The notes under the pieces were generated by a model that searched no databases, was not told the origin of the DNA, and saw only the letters and a program-made list of their open reading frames with translations. Of a stretch of DNA of 53,350 bases, positions 42,020 to 51,328 are shown piece by piece. How positions within the stretch are numbered: the first letter of the stretch is position 1; each line of letters starts with the position of its first letter. The position numbers were made by a program, and so were the translations under genes. The DNA lies in assembly GCA_041571435.1 (NCBI GenBank), contig JBFFUI010000011.1, positions 1 through 53,350 on the forward strand, written 5' to 3'. Source of the stretch: Sulfurimonadaceae bacterium (lineage in GTDB: Bacteria > Campylobacterota > Campylobacteria > Campylobacterales > Sulfurimonadaceae).

Positions 42020-42636
42020 CAGTCGCACTGCCAAAAGGGCGTATCGCACAAGAGACACTGGAGATCTTTGAGAGCATATTCGGAGAGTCTTTTAAATTTG
42101 ATGACCGCAAACTTATTCTGGAAACAGAGAAGTTCCGCTTTCTACTGGTCCGTAACCAGGATGTAGCGACCTATGTCTATCATCAAGCAGCAGATATCGG
42201 TGTTGTCGGACTGGATACGCTCGAAGAGCAGGGGCTGGATGTTATCCGCCTTCTGGACCTTCGCCGCGGCGTCTGTAAAGTGGCCATCGGTATGCGTGTC
42301 GGCGAAAAACTCGACTTGACAAAAGCGGAGATCAAAGTGGCAACGAAGATGGTCAACATAACAAAACGCTACTTTGCCGAGCGTGCGATTGCCGCCGATG
42401 TTATCAAACTTTACGGCTCTATTGAACTTGCACCATTGGTGGGCCTTGCCGATATGATCGTTGATATCGTTGAGACAGGGGCGACCATGAAGCAAAACGG
42501 TCTTGAAGTTGTTGAAGATATCATGGAGTCTTCGACCTATCTGATCGCCAACAAAAACAGCTACTTCGAGAAAAAGACAGAAGTGCTGGATATCTATGAA
42601 AAGATCAACGCTGTTGTCACCGCAGAACAGAAGTGA
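42013..42636 (+). CDS. hisG: ATP phosphoribosyltransferase (short form)
   Basis: ALPKGR, GSIELAP, DIVETG.T. Confidence 0.96.
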   Translation: MLTVALPKGRIAQETLEIFESIFGESFKFDDRKLILETEKFRFLLVRNQDVATYVYHQAADIGVVGLDTLEEQGLDVIRLLDLRRGVCKVAIGMRVGEKLDLTKAEIKVATKMVNITKRYFAERAIAADVIKLYGSIELAPLVGLADMIVDIVETGATMKQNGLEVVEDIMESSTYLIANKNSYFEKKTEVLDIYEKINAVVTAEQK

Positions 42637-43315
42637 TCTTGAACTCTATGCCCGCATAGAGCACCTTCTCGGTATCGAAGAGTCGACACAGTTTCTTCAC
42701 GACTCTTATGCGCAGACCCTTGAAGCGTACGGTGTCAAATCGGTTTTGGATATCGGCTGCGGTCGCGGCGGTCTGATGCAGCAGCTTGCCTTTGACAATA
42801 TTGAAGCCAAGGGGATCGACCTGAGTGCGACGATGGTCGAAGAGGCGAAAGCCAAAGGGCTTAATGCAGAGTGCATTGATGTGGCAGACGAAAAAGGACA
42901 ATATGACGCGGCAGTGGCTGTTTTTGACGTGCTCAACTTTATGGATGCCGAGACACTGGACACCTTCTTGGAGAATGTGGCCAAAGTCTTGAAACCAAAA
43001 GGGCTCTTTATTGCCGACATCAACACCAAATACGGCTTTAGTGCCGTTGCCGAGGGGACGATGAATGCCGAAGATGAGAACGGCTTTTTAAGTGTTGATG
43101 CCGTTTTCGATCATGATGAACTGCGTACGATCTTCACCTATTTTGAGAAGGGCGAGGGCGAATGCTACACGAAAGAGCAGCAGATGATCACCCAGCACTT
43201 TCATCCTCTCTCGTTTTTCCGCCGAAAACGGGAACTTAAACTTATTAAGCACGAGAAGATCTCTCTTTACGACAAAGATGACAAAGCGCTTCTGATCTTT
43301 TCTAACGAAGCATAA
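42596..43315 (+). CDS. Class I SAM-dependent methyltransferase
   Basis: VLDIGCGRG, GIDLS, FDVLNF; start position uncertain. Confidence 0.9.
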   Translation: MKRSTLLSPQNRSDLELYARIEHLLGIEESTQFLHDSYAQTLEAYGVKSVLDIGCGRGGLMQQLAFDNIEAKGIDLSATMVEEAKAKGLNAECIDVADEKGQYDAAVAVFDVLNFMDAETLDTFLENVAKVLKPKGLFIADINTKYGFSAVAEGTMNAEDENGFLSVDAVFDHDELRTIFTYFEKGEGECYTKEQQMITQHFHPLSFFRRKRELKLIKHEKISLYDKDDKALLIFSNEA

Positions 43316-43341
43316 TTCTCTACACACTGCAGCAATTAAAA

Positions 43342-43439
43342 ATCTGCAGAAAACAAGTGCCGTAAACATAGAGTGTTCTACGCGAGTTTTCCCTACCATG
43401 ACACTTTGTATTGATTGCCATAATTCAGAACCCTTATGA
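43342..43439 (+). pseudogene. Possible decayed DksA/TraR C4 zinc-finger fragment
   Basis: Reads ...SAVNIECSTRVFPTMTLCIDCHN*, with an upstream Cys codon in an adjacent frame. Confidence 0.35.
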
Positions 43440-43605
43440 CTATACAGGATAAGAAAAACGTATATTTACATATATGAAATATCATTGGTGTTACGTTTAT
43501 ACGCAGGCCTCTAGAGCTCAACAGCTTCCTGAAAGAGAAATAAAACGATCTGAAATTAAAAATCAAACAGTGAAAAATTTCGTCTTTACACCTGTTCTAA
43601 TTCTT

Positions 43606-43633
43606 ACAAGCCCCTATATTTAGGAGCTTTCAC
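43606..43633. repeat. Imperfect palindrome, copy 2
   Basis: acaagcccctatatttaggagctttcac. Confidence 0.55.
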
Positions 43634-43963
43634 ACTGTAATATGAAAATGAAAAAAATTTTATTTCATAACTTATAATAATATAATATATCAAACTTAAT
43701 GTAAAAAATATTTATCACATAAAAATCACAAATATAACAAAATAGATGGTCGTATCACGCATATTGATGATTTTATTTTAGACTTTCTCCGTTAGCTTGA
43801 ATGACAGGCTTATACAACCATAAATTCACTTATTGCTTGACATTAGAACGAAAAGAGCGATATCGTATGGAAATCTATGATAACAACGTTGATCAATCTA
43901 AGTTCTAAGATAGAGTTTATAAGATATATTGATAGTCGAAACCAAATCAAAAGGGAAACCAAC

Positions 43964-45385
43964 ATGGAAATGAATCGTCGTAATTTACTTAAACTCGGAG
44001 CTGTCAGTGCTGCTGCGACAGTAACTGGTGTGGCCTTATCGGGTTGTTCAAAAGAGGCTGAAGCTGCTGCACCTGCACCTGCGGCGGCTGCACCTGCACC
44101 TGAACTTATTGGTAAGCATAGTGTTGTCGTCATCGGTGGAGGTATCGGTGGTCTGACTGTTGCCAACAACCTCAAAAAGATGCGTAATAATACGGACATC
44201 TTGGTGATCGAAAAAAATGACACCTTTATGTCATGTCCAGTTTCAAACACCTACCTTGGCAAACTCAAAGGTATGGACCTTGGTACATTCATTTTTGATT
44301 ATGCGCAGCCTATTGAAAAACACGGTTACAACTGGTTAACAGCAGAAGTACAGGGTATTGATAGAGAGGCTAAGGTTGTCCACACGACGAAAGGTGCTGT
44401 AGGTTATGACATCCTGGTACTTTCTCCAGGTATTGCATATAACTATGAAGCACAATTCCCGACATGGTCAAAAGAGAAAATCGCACATGTGAAACGTGTT
44501 GCTCCAGCGGCACTTATCCCTGGGCACGAACACGTTATCTTAGAGCGCAACCTTAACAACATGGAGGATGGTGACGTTATCATTACTATCCCTGGCGGTA
44601 AGTTCCGTTGTCCACCGGCACCGGCTGAACGTGCCTCTATGGTTGCAACATTCATGAAAAAAGAGGAGATTGAAGGTAAGGTCATCTTGATGGCTGAAGG
44701 CGACTCTTTTGCGAAGAAAGCAGCCTTTATGGAATCATGGCAAGAGCTTTTCGGCGATAAAATCGTATTCATGCCACATACAAAAGTCGTTGATGTTGAT
44801 CCTGATGCTAAGAAAGTAACGTATGAGAAACAAGTCGGTACTGGTAAAAAAGATGAACTTGGTGATGAAATCATGAAGGCAGAAACGGCTACACTTGACT
44901 ATCAGGTCCTCAATCTCATACCTCTTAACAAAGCCAATCCAGTGATCGAAATGGCTGGCCTGGATATCACCAAAGATACATTCGGAAAAGTCAAGATGGC
45001 AGGTTGTACATTCCAGACGGCATCTGATGTGAACGTATTTGCAGTCGGTGACGTTGTTGGTCACGCTATCCCGCCAAGTGGCCAAACTGCTAACTGGGCT
45101 GGTAAACAGTGCGCTAAAGAGATCGCAGCGCGTCTTGATGGCGGTTCGTACAAACTTCCAGTCGAATCAACACCTGTATCTGCCGGTAATGTCTGTTACT
45201 CAATGGTCGGTGATAATCCGGAAGAGGCGATCATGGTTACACATGACTTTAGCTGGACGGGTACAGTTATTAAAGGTAAGGGTAATGTCCCTAAAGATGC
45301 TGCTTCGGGTAAATTCCGTTCTAAAGGTACGGCGAAAGCACTTCGTGACTGGTATCGTGGTCTAATGGGTGATCTTTTCGCCTAA
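43964..45385 (+). CDS. fccB: Flavocytochrome c sulfide dehydrogenase flavoprotein (FccB/SoxF-like), Tat lipoprotein
   Basis: NRRNLLK Tat motif, LSG-C lipobox, Ala/Pro linker, GGGIGG, CPVSN (FAD-linking Cys), FRCPPAP.ERAS and NVCYS (catalytic Cys pair). Confidence 0.85.
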   Translation: MEMNRRNLLKLGAVSAAATVTGVALSGCSKEAEAAAPAPAAAAPAPELIGKHSVVVIGGGIGGLTVANNLKKMRNNTDILVIEKNDTFMSCPVSNTYLGKLKGMDLGTFIFDYAQPIEKHGYNWLTAEVQGIDREAKVVHTTKGAVGYDILVLSPGIAYNYEAQFPTWSKEKIAHVKRVAPAALIPGHEHVILERNLNNMEDGDVIITIPGGKFRCPPAPAERASMVATFMKKEEIEGKVILMAEGDSFAKKAAFMESWQELFGDKIVFMPHTKVVDVDPDAKKVTYEKQVGTGKKDELGDEIMKAETATLDYQVLNLIPLNKANPVIEMAGLDITKDTFGKVKMAGCTFQTASDVNVFAVGDVVGHAIPPSGQTANWAGKQCAKEIAARLDGGSYKLPVESTPVSAGNVCYSMVGDNPEEAIMVTHDFSWTGTVIKGKGNVPKDAASGKFRSKGTAKALRDWYRGLMGDLFA

Positions 45386-45420
45386 GACGTAAAATTGCGG
45401 TGTTCGTACCGCGACAATAT

Positions 45421-45448
45421 CGCCAAAAAGTACCTACTTTTGGCGTTT
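45421..45448 (+). terminator. Hairpin/terminator after fccB
   Basis: CGCCAAAA-N9-TTTTGGCG then TTT, preceded by a GCGGTG-TTCG-TACCGC hairpin. Confidence 0.6.
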
Positions 45449-45575
45449 ATGTTATGCTATTATAGACACTTCATAAGTTCCTAAAAAAGTCACAACAACT
45501 GAATAACTTCGCAGATTATGTAAAAGGTGGTTTTTTTAGAGACTTAGTGTCTCAATAATTTTTTTAGGAAACGTA

Positions 45576-46304
45576 ATGAATCGAAGAAATTTTTTAAAAG
45601 TCGCGACTGCCACAGGCGCAATGATCGCCGTTTCACCTTCATCTATCATACAAAAGCTCTATGCCAGCAACGGTTTGATGTATACTGCATACGAACGTGT
45701 TCAGTTGGTAGACGCCGCCGGTCAACCGATCAAAACAAGTGCTTTGAAGAAAGAGACGAATTACATGTTTAACTACCCGCACGTAGGTACACCCGCAATG
45801 CTTCTGGACCTTGATGAGCCGAGTGCACAGGATGTTAAACTCGCTACGGAGTCCGGTGAAGAGTATTTGTGGAAAAGCGGTGTCGGCGCCAAGCACACTA
45901 TCGTTGCGTATTCTGCTATCTGTTCTCATCAGCTTGCCCACCCGACGCCAAGTGACAGTTTTTTGCAGTATGTACAAAAAGATAAGAAGACCATGGCCTA
46001 CAAACACAGTGGTGTCATCGTCTGTTCGTCGCACCTCTCGTCCTTTGAGGCAAAAGAGGGAGCCAAGCGTCTTTCCGGGCCAGCCGTCGACCCATTGGCC
46101 TCAATCGTGCTTGAAGTAGCAGCAGATGATACTATATGGGCAGTAGGTGTTCTTGGTGCGGACCGTTTTCACGAATATTTTAAGGCCTTTAAACCTGAAC
46201 TAAAAGAGTTCTATGGCGGTAAACGCAAGGCCAAGAAACTTGTTAAGATTAGTGCTAAAACAGTGGTGTTAAGCGAATACACCAAAGAGATCATCCAATA
46301 TTAA
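45576..46304 (+). CDS. Tat-exported Rieske [2Fe-2S] protein (AioB-like fold)
   Basis: NRRNFLK; GVG...IVAYSAI-CSH-x31-CSSH; SGPA; these are the only two Cys in the protein. Confidence 0.88.
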   Translation: MNRRNFLKVATATGAMIAVSPSSIIQKLYASNGLMYTAYERVQLVDAAGQPIKTSALKKETNYMFNYPHVGTPAMLLDLDEPSAQDVKLATESGEEYLWKSGVGAKHTIVAYSAICSHQLAHPTPSDSFLQYVQKDKKTMAYKHSGVIVCSSHLSSFEAKEGAKRLSGPAVDPLASIVLEVAADDTIWAVGVLGADRFHEYFKAFKPELKEFYGGKRKAKKLVKISAKTVVLSEYTKEIIQY

Positions 46305-46313
46305 AGAGGAATT

Positions 46314-46724
46314 ATGAAAAAGTTTAAATCAATTACGGTAGCTCTGTTACTCACAATCACAATCTCTTCGAGTGCAGACGATAAACAAAAAAGTTTACTT
46401 CAAAATGATATGCGCTCCATGTTGAGTGCAATGGAGATGATCCAACGCGGCGGTTTTTATAAAAACAAGCCGGGTCTGCAAGAAGGTGTCAGACGTCTTA
46501 AAGAGGGCCTGAAATCACTTCGCTCAAGTGACGCAAAAAAATATCTACCTGAAAATCAGGCCTACGCTGACAGATTTGCACACAAACGTGCCGATATGAT
46601 CGCAATGTTTGCAGATGATATTCTTGTCTCTATAGAAAAAGACAATTGGGATGACTCTCTGAATGATTATCAACAGATTCTAAGTCAGTGTACATCGTGC
46701 CATCTGCGTATCCGTTCTTGGTAA
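46314..46724 (+). CDS. Secreted monoheme class II (c'/c556-like) cytochrome c
   Basis: Signal peptide, helical body, C-terminal CTSCH. Confidence 0.85.
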   Translation: MKKFKSITVALLLTITISSSADDKQKSLLQNDMRSMLSAMEMIQRGGFYKNKPGLQEGVRRLKEGLKSLRSSDAKKYLPENQAYADRFAHKRADMIAMFADDILVSIEKDNWDDSLNDYQQILSQCTSCHLRIRSW

Positions 46725-46879
46725 TACGGTCTTATTGAGAGCAATGCTCACAATAAAGGAACGATAATGCTTTTTCTCTTATGACTTCCAATAAACTTAC
46801 CGCTACCTATTAACATTATACGATTGGCCGATTGCACTTTTTTTGCTAAAATTTGCTGACATTGATTCGAGGAAAGAGT

Positions 46880-47434
46880 ATGATTGAAGACAAAGCACGC
46901 TGGAATGAGAAATATATCGCGATGTGGACACCTGACAAGGTGGCAAAGATTGTCGAGAAGTATATCCCGCTCGCAACCGTCGGTACAGCACTTGATATTG
47001 CAGCAGGTACAGGCCGAAACACACATTTTCTAGCCGAGAAAGGCTTTATCATTGATGCAATCGACTATTCGGACTATGCGCTCTCCAAGATCAAAGATAT
47101 TGCGACGATCAACAAAATAGACACTGATCTGGAATCATACAGATTTTCTTATAACAGTTATGACCTGATTGTTAATTGCAACTATCTTGACCGCAGACAG
47201 TTCCCGCAGATCAAAGAGGCATTAAAAGAGGGCGGTCTGCTGATATATGAGACCTTTTTAGTGGCACACGGCGAAGGGTACCATCAACCGAGCAACCTTG
47301 ACTTTTTGCTTCGCAAGAATGAGCTGCTGCATGCCTTTATCAGTTTGGATGTCATCTATTATGAAGAGAGAGATGATGTCAATCTCCGGGGTGAGAAGGT
47401 CAAAGTTGCATCCCTTGTAGCGCGCAAGGCATAA
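46880..47434 (+). CDS. TehB-like SAM-dependent methyltransferase
   Basis: D..RWN.KY, ALDIAAGTGRN, NYLDR, LL..NELL. Confidence 0.88.
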   Translation: MIEDKARWNEKYIAMWTPDKVAKIVEKYIPLATVGTALDIAAGTGRNTHFLAEKGFIIDAIDYSDYALSKIKDIATINKIDTDLESYRFSYNSYDLIVNCNYLDRRQFPQIKEALKEGGLLIYETFLVAHGEGYHQPSNLDFLLRKNELLHAFISLDVIYYEERDDVNLRGEKVKVASLVARKA

Positions 47435-47440
47435 ATCTGT

Positions 47441-47473
47441 AAACTGTTTACTGGTCAAAAATAAACAGTTTTT
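47441..47473 (+). terminator. Inverted repeat after the methyltransferase
   Basis: AAACTGTTTA-N11-TAAACAGTTT. Confidence 0.45.
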
Positions 47474-47628
47474 GCATCATAGCGATGTGGGTAGATGATG
47501 ATGTCTGATGCCTTTAGGATTCCTCCTTTCGAGTAGTTACATCTTTCCATAATCTATCTTTTCATAGTGTTTTATAATAATTGTTATTTAAACTATAAAT
47601 AATAATACAGTATAGGCATAGATGAATC

Positions 47629-47650
47629 AAAGGCCGTAAACAGGGGTTAT
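47629..47650. repeat. Imperfect palindrome, copy 3
   Basis: aaaggccgtaaacaggggttat is 18/22 identical to 51292-51313. Confidence 0.5.
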
Positions 47651-47726
47651 ATTAATTAATATAATACATAAAACATAACTTTTTAGCTATAATTATAAAG
47701 ATATATAATTTATGCAGAGAGAAACG

Positions 47727-49499
47727 ATGAGTAGACGTAAACCGGATAAAGATCAAAAGAGTGTTTCTGCTTTCAGTGCGAAAGATTTTCTTGTTACAAC
47801 ACGAGAAGAGATGGAGCGCCGCGGTTGGGAACAACTTGATGTCGTCTTGATCTCTGGTGATGCCTACATCGATTCGCCTTTTATCGGAACGGCTGTCGTC
47901 GGTCGTATGCTTGAAAAGATGGGCTACAAGGTCGGCATCATCGGCCAGCCCGATATTGAAAACGGTGACGATATCGGCCGTTTGGGCGAACCACGCCTAT
48001 TCTGGGGTGTTAGCGGCGGCAGCATAGACTCGATGGTCTCAAACTACACCGCCACCAAAAAATTTCGCAACTCAGATGACTACACACCGGGCGGCAAAAA
48101 CAACAAAAGACCAGACAGGGCCGTGCTGGTCTACTCCAACCTCATTCGCCGTTTTTATAAAAACACCGTGCCTATAGTTTTAGGCGGTATCGAAGCCAGT
48201 CTGCGACGTATAACGCATTACGACTACTGGACGAATAAGCTTCGCAAACCGATCCTCTTTGATTCAAAAGCGGATATCTTGATCTATGGGATGGGTGAGA
48301 TCGCGCTCAAAGAGTTGGTCACGGCTTTGGATGAGGGAAAAGAGTACCGTAATATACGCGGTATCTGCTATATTGCAAAAGAGCCTGTAGAGTCATACCA
48401 TCAGGTGCCATCGCATGCCGAATGCCTTGAGGATAAAAACAAGTTTATCGATCTCTTTGACACTTTTTATGACAATAATGATCCTATCTCCGCCAATGGG
48501 CTTTGTCAGAAGGTTGACACCCGTTACAGCATCCAGAATCCGCCGTGCGATTATCTTGATGAGAGCGAGATGGATAGTGTCTCTGCACTTCCGTTTACGC
48601 GTGAACTGCACCCCTTTCATGTCCCGCAAGGCAAGGTGAAGTGTCTGGAGACGATCAAGTTCTCTATCATGACCCATCAGGGGTGCTGGGGCGAATGTAA
48701 CTTCTGTGCTATCGGTGTGCACCAGGGGCGGACTATCCGCACCCGTTCCGAAACGTCGATTGTCAATGAGGCCAAAGAGTTTATGACCTATAAAGATTTT
48801 AAAGGGGTCATCTCCGATCTTGGCGGGCCGACAGCCAATATGTATGGCTATGAATGTAACAAAAAGTTGAAACTGGGCACCTGCGATCATCAGCGCTGTG
48901 TTGACTCCCGTCATCTTTGCTCCAGCATGCGGGTCGACCACAGCCGCGTTATTAACATGATGAAGCAGGTCAGAGAGCTTCCGGGCATTAAAAAGGCTTT
49001 TGTTGCTTCGGGCGTACGCTATGACCTCATCAACGAAGACAAAAAGCACGGATACGACTACCTCAAAGAGATGGTCAAACACCATATCTCAGGCCAGATG
49101 AAAGTCGCTCCGGAACATACCGAACAGCATGTCCTTGATCTGATGGGCAAGCCGGGCAAACAGACCCTCATCGATTTTAAAAAGCTCTATGACAGGTTCA
49201 ACAGAGAAGAGGGCAAAAAACAGTTTTTGACCTACTACCTCATCGCTGCCCATCCGGGCTGTGAAGAGAAAGACATGTATGAGCTGCAGCGCTTTACGCG
49301 CGATGAGCTCAAGATGACGCCGGAACAGGCTCAGGTCTTTACTCCGACGCCGGGGACCTACTCAGCCGTCATGTACTACACGGAAATGGACCCTGTGACA
49401 CGCAAGAAGATCTTTGTCGAGAAAGATACCCGTCGCAAAGAGAAGCAAAAAGAGATCGTGGTCAAAAAACAGACCTTCAAGCGCGATTTCGCAAGCTAA
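47727..49499 (+). CDS. ygiQ: YgiQ family radical SAM protein
   Basis: GDAYID, DSMVSNYT, GGIEASLRR, CWGECNFC, VAPEH, AAHPG. Confidence 0.93.
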   Translation: MSRRKPDKDQKSVSAFSAKDFLVTTREEMERRGWEQLDVVLISGDAYIDSPFIGTAVVGRMLEKMGYKVGIIGQPDIENGDDIGRLGEPRLFWGVSGGSIDSMVSNYTATKKFRNSDDYTPGGKNNKRPDRAVLVYSNLIRRFYKNTVPIVLGGIEASLRRITHYDYWTNKLRKPILFDSKADILIYGMGEIALKELVTALDEGKEYRNIRGICYIAKEPVESYHQVPSHAECLEDKNKFIDLFDTFYDNNDPISANGLCQKVDTRYSIQNPPCDYLDESEMDSVSALPFTRELHPFHVPQGKVKCLETIKFSIMTHQGCWGECNFCAIGVHQGRTIRTRSETSIVNEAKEFMTYKDFKGVISDLGGPTANMYGYECNKKLKLGTCDHQRCVDSRHLCSSMRVDHSRVINMMKQVRELPGIKKAFVASGVRYDLINEDKKHGYDYLKEMVKHHISGQMKVAPEHTEQHVLDLMGKPGKQTLIDFKKLYDRFNREEGKKQFLTYYLIAAHPGCEEKDMYELQRFTRDELKMTPEQAQVFTPTPGTYSAVMYYTEMDPVTRKKIFVEKDTRRKEKQKEIVVKKQTFKRDFAS

Positions 49500-49552
49500 A
49501 AACCGACCTTTTCTGCTAAACTGGGGACACTTCAAACAAGGTACCTTGAATA

Positions 49553-50428
49553 ATGCGTACGAAATCTCTTCTAGCGTTTCTCTTCCTGATCTTTGCAGCC
49601 GTTGCCCTCGATGCGAAAAGCATCCTCTACAAGGTATCTTCAAAGAGCAGTACAGTCTATATCCTCGGTTCCATCCACCTTGCGAAACCTGAACTCTATC
49701 CTCTGGATTCGACGATCGAAGAAGCGTATCGAATCAGTGATGTATTGGTCGTCGAACTTGATACCGAGAGCAAAGAGTCTGCAGCGGCAATACAGAGAGC
49801 AATGGGAACGTTGGGGATATACCAAAACGGTCGTACGTTGAAAACAGAACTCAGCGAAAAAACCTACAAACAGCTGCAGGCATATGCAAAAACGGCCGGA
49901 TTTTCACTTGATCAGCTGGAGCAGTTTCGACCATGGGTGGTGATGCTGCAGCTAAATGTCATGGAGATGGTGCGGCTGGGCTATTCGCCCGAACTTGGCA
50001 TCGACAAGCACTTCATAGAGATGGCCAAACGGGGCAATAAGCCTATCTTGGCACTCGAGACGATTGATGAACAGATGGCGTTGTTCAGCAGAGACGACAA
50101 AGCGTATCAGGAGAAGCTATTGCGCTACACGCTGACATCCATACAGCAGATGGAACCGATGCTGTCGAGGCTGTTCATCAGTTGGTTAAAAGGCGATTCA
50201 AAGGCAATAGAGAAGCTGTTTGTGTTAAGTATGCATGAGAATGCGGAACTGAAAGAGATCTACGATGCATTGATCACAAAGCGTAACTACCAGATGACAG
50301 AAAAAATTATGGCATATCTTAAAACCGACAGAGACTACTTTATCGTCGTTGGTGCGGGGCATGTGGTCGGCGATGATGGAATAGTGGCACTGCTCAGGAA
50401 AAAAGGGTATATCGTAGCACAAAAGTAA
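49553..50428 (+). CDS. TraB/GumN family secreted protein
   Basis: Signal peptide; LGSIH, GID, LETIDEQ, RN, VGAGH. Confidence 0.92.
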   Translation: MRTKSLLAFLFLIFAAVALDAKSILYKVSSKSSTVYILGSIHLAKPELYPLDSTIEEAYRISDVLVVELDTESKESAAAIQRAMGTLGIYQNGRTLKTELSEKTYKQLQAYAKTAGFSLDQLEQFRPWVVMLQLNVMEMVRLGYSPELGIDKHFIEMAKRGNKPILALETIDEQMALFSRDDKAYQEKLLRYTLTSIQQMEPMLSRLFISWLKGDSKAIEKLFVLSMHENAELKEIYDALITKRNYQMTEKIMAYLKTDRDYFIVVGAGHVVGDDGIVALLRKKGYIVAQK

Positions 50429-50740
50429 GCCAAAATTGAGGGGTGAAAGTGCGGTTATGATTGGGATAGGAAAAGCGGTAGTCTGATAATGGGGATGTCT
50501 TTGTGTCTTAATTAGTTGTTATGAAAAATTGCTGATTATGAAGACCTCGTTAAACATCAAAATGGCATTACAGTTGAACAGCTTGCAGATAGGTATTATT
50601 TGTAATGCATTTATATTTTTTATTAATTATATCTTGATCAGAATAGAGCAAACGCTACAGAAATTGAAAATAATCTTAAGAACATCCTTAACTAAAAAAC
50701 AATAGTATATGTTAAATTATAATAAAAAAAAGGGACTATA

Positions 50741-51265
50741 ATGCTTTATTTTAAGAAAAGTATAGCTGTTTCATTGGTTATTAGTACGATGATATTGTCT
50801 GCAGGTTGTGGCGGTGGAGGTGGTTCTGTTGGAGTTTACACTGCAGCTATAGTTGCGCTTGAAGATTTAAACAATACGAACGTAAAAAATCAAGGCTATA
50901 TTATCAATGTCGATATAGATGATATTCATGACACATATGATGCGCAAGATATTTCATATATTTATTGTACTGATGGAGTAGGTACGTTAGATTACTTTGC
51001 TGTTACGAGTGACCAATTACCTTGGGATGGTAGTGTTGTACCGAATTATGATTACGGAGAGTTAGTATTAGGCACACGTTTAGATCATAACAGCAGTGTT
51101 GTAATGGGCCATTATACTCTATCAACAACAGATTATGTAGAAGAAGGTACGACTTATAATATATTAGTAAATTATTTAGAGCCTGGTAATGAAGATGAAG
51201 TAGGTGGAACAATGATAGTTAATAGTATTAATGACTTTAACTGTTCAACACTTGTTATACCATAA
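50741..51265 (+). CDS. AT-rich hypothetical lipoprotein
   Basis: Lipobox SAG-C followed by GGGGGS; acidic, beta-rich; low GC. Confidence 0.8.
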   Translation: MLYFKKSIAVSLVISTMILSAGCGGGGGSVGVYTAAIVALEDLNNTNVKNQGYIINVDIDDIHDTYDAQDISYIYCTDGVGTLDYFAVTSDQLPWDGSVVPNYDYGELVLGTRLDHNSSVVMGHYTLSTTDYVEEGTTYNILVNYLEPGNEDEVGGTMIVNSINDFNCSTLVIP

Positions 51266-51289
51266 CAAGATATCAAGGTTTTATTATTC

Positions 51290-51315
51290 ATAAAGCCCAT
51301 AAACATGGGTTTTAT
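51290..51315. repeat. Imperfect palindrome, copy 4; probable bidirectional terminator
   Basis: ATAAAGCCCAT-AAAC-ATGGGTTTTAT between convergent genes. Confidence 0.6.
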
Positions 51316-51328
51316 TGATTTGTTATAT

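Noticed and set aside
43398-43439. Mini cytochrome c (CIDCH)
   Set aside because: Only 13 codons and no signal peptide; better explained as a DksA-like remnant or chance.
51260-51328. Integron attC site (TAAC...GTTATAT)
   Set aside because: The R/L box spacing does not fit, it is a single site, and the recombinase in the window lacks IntI features.
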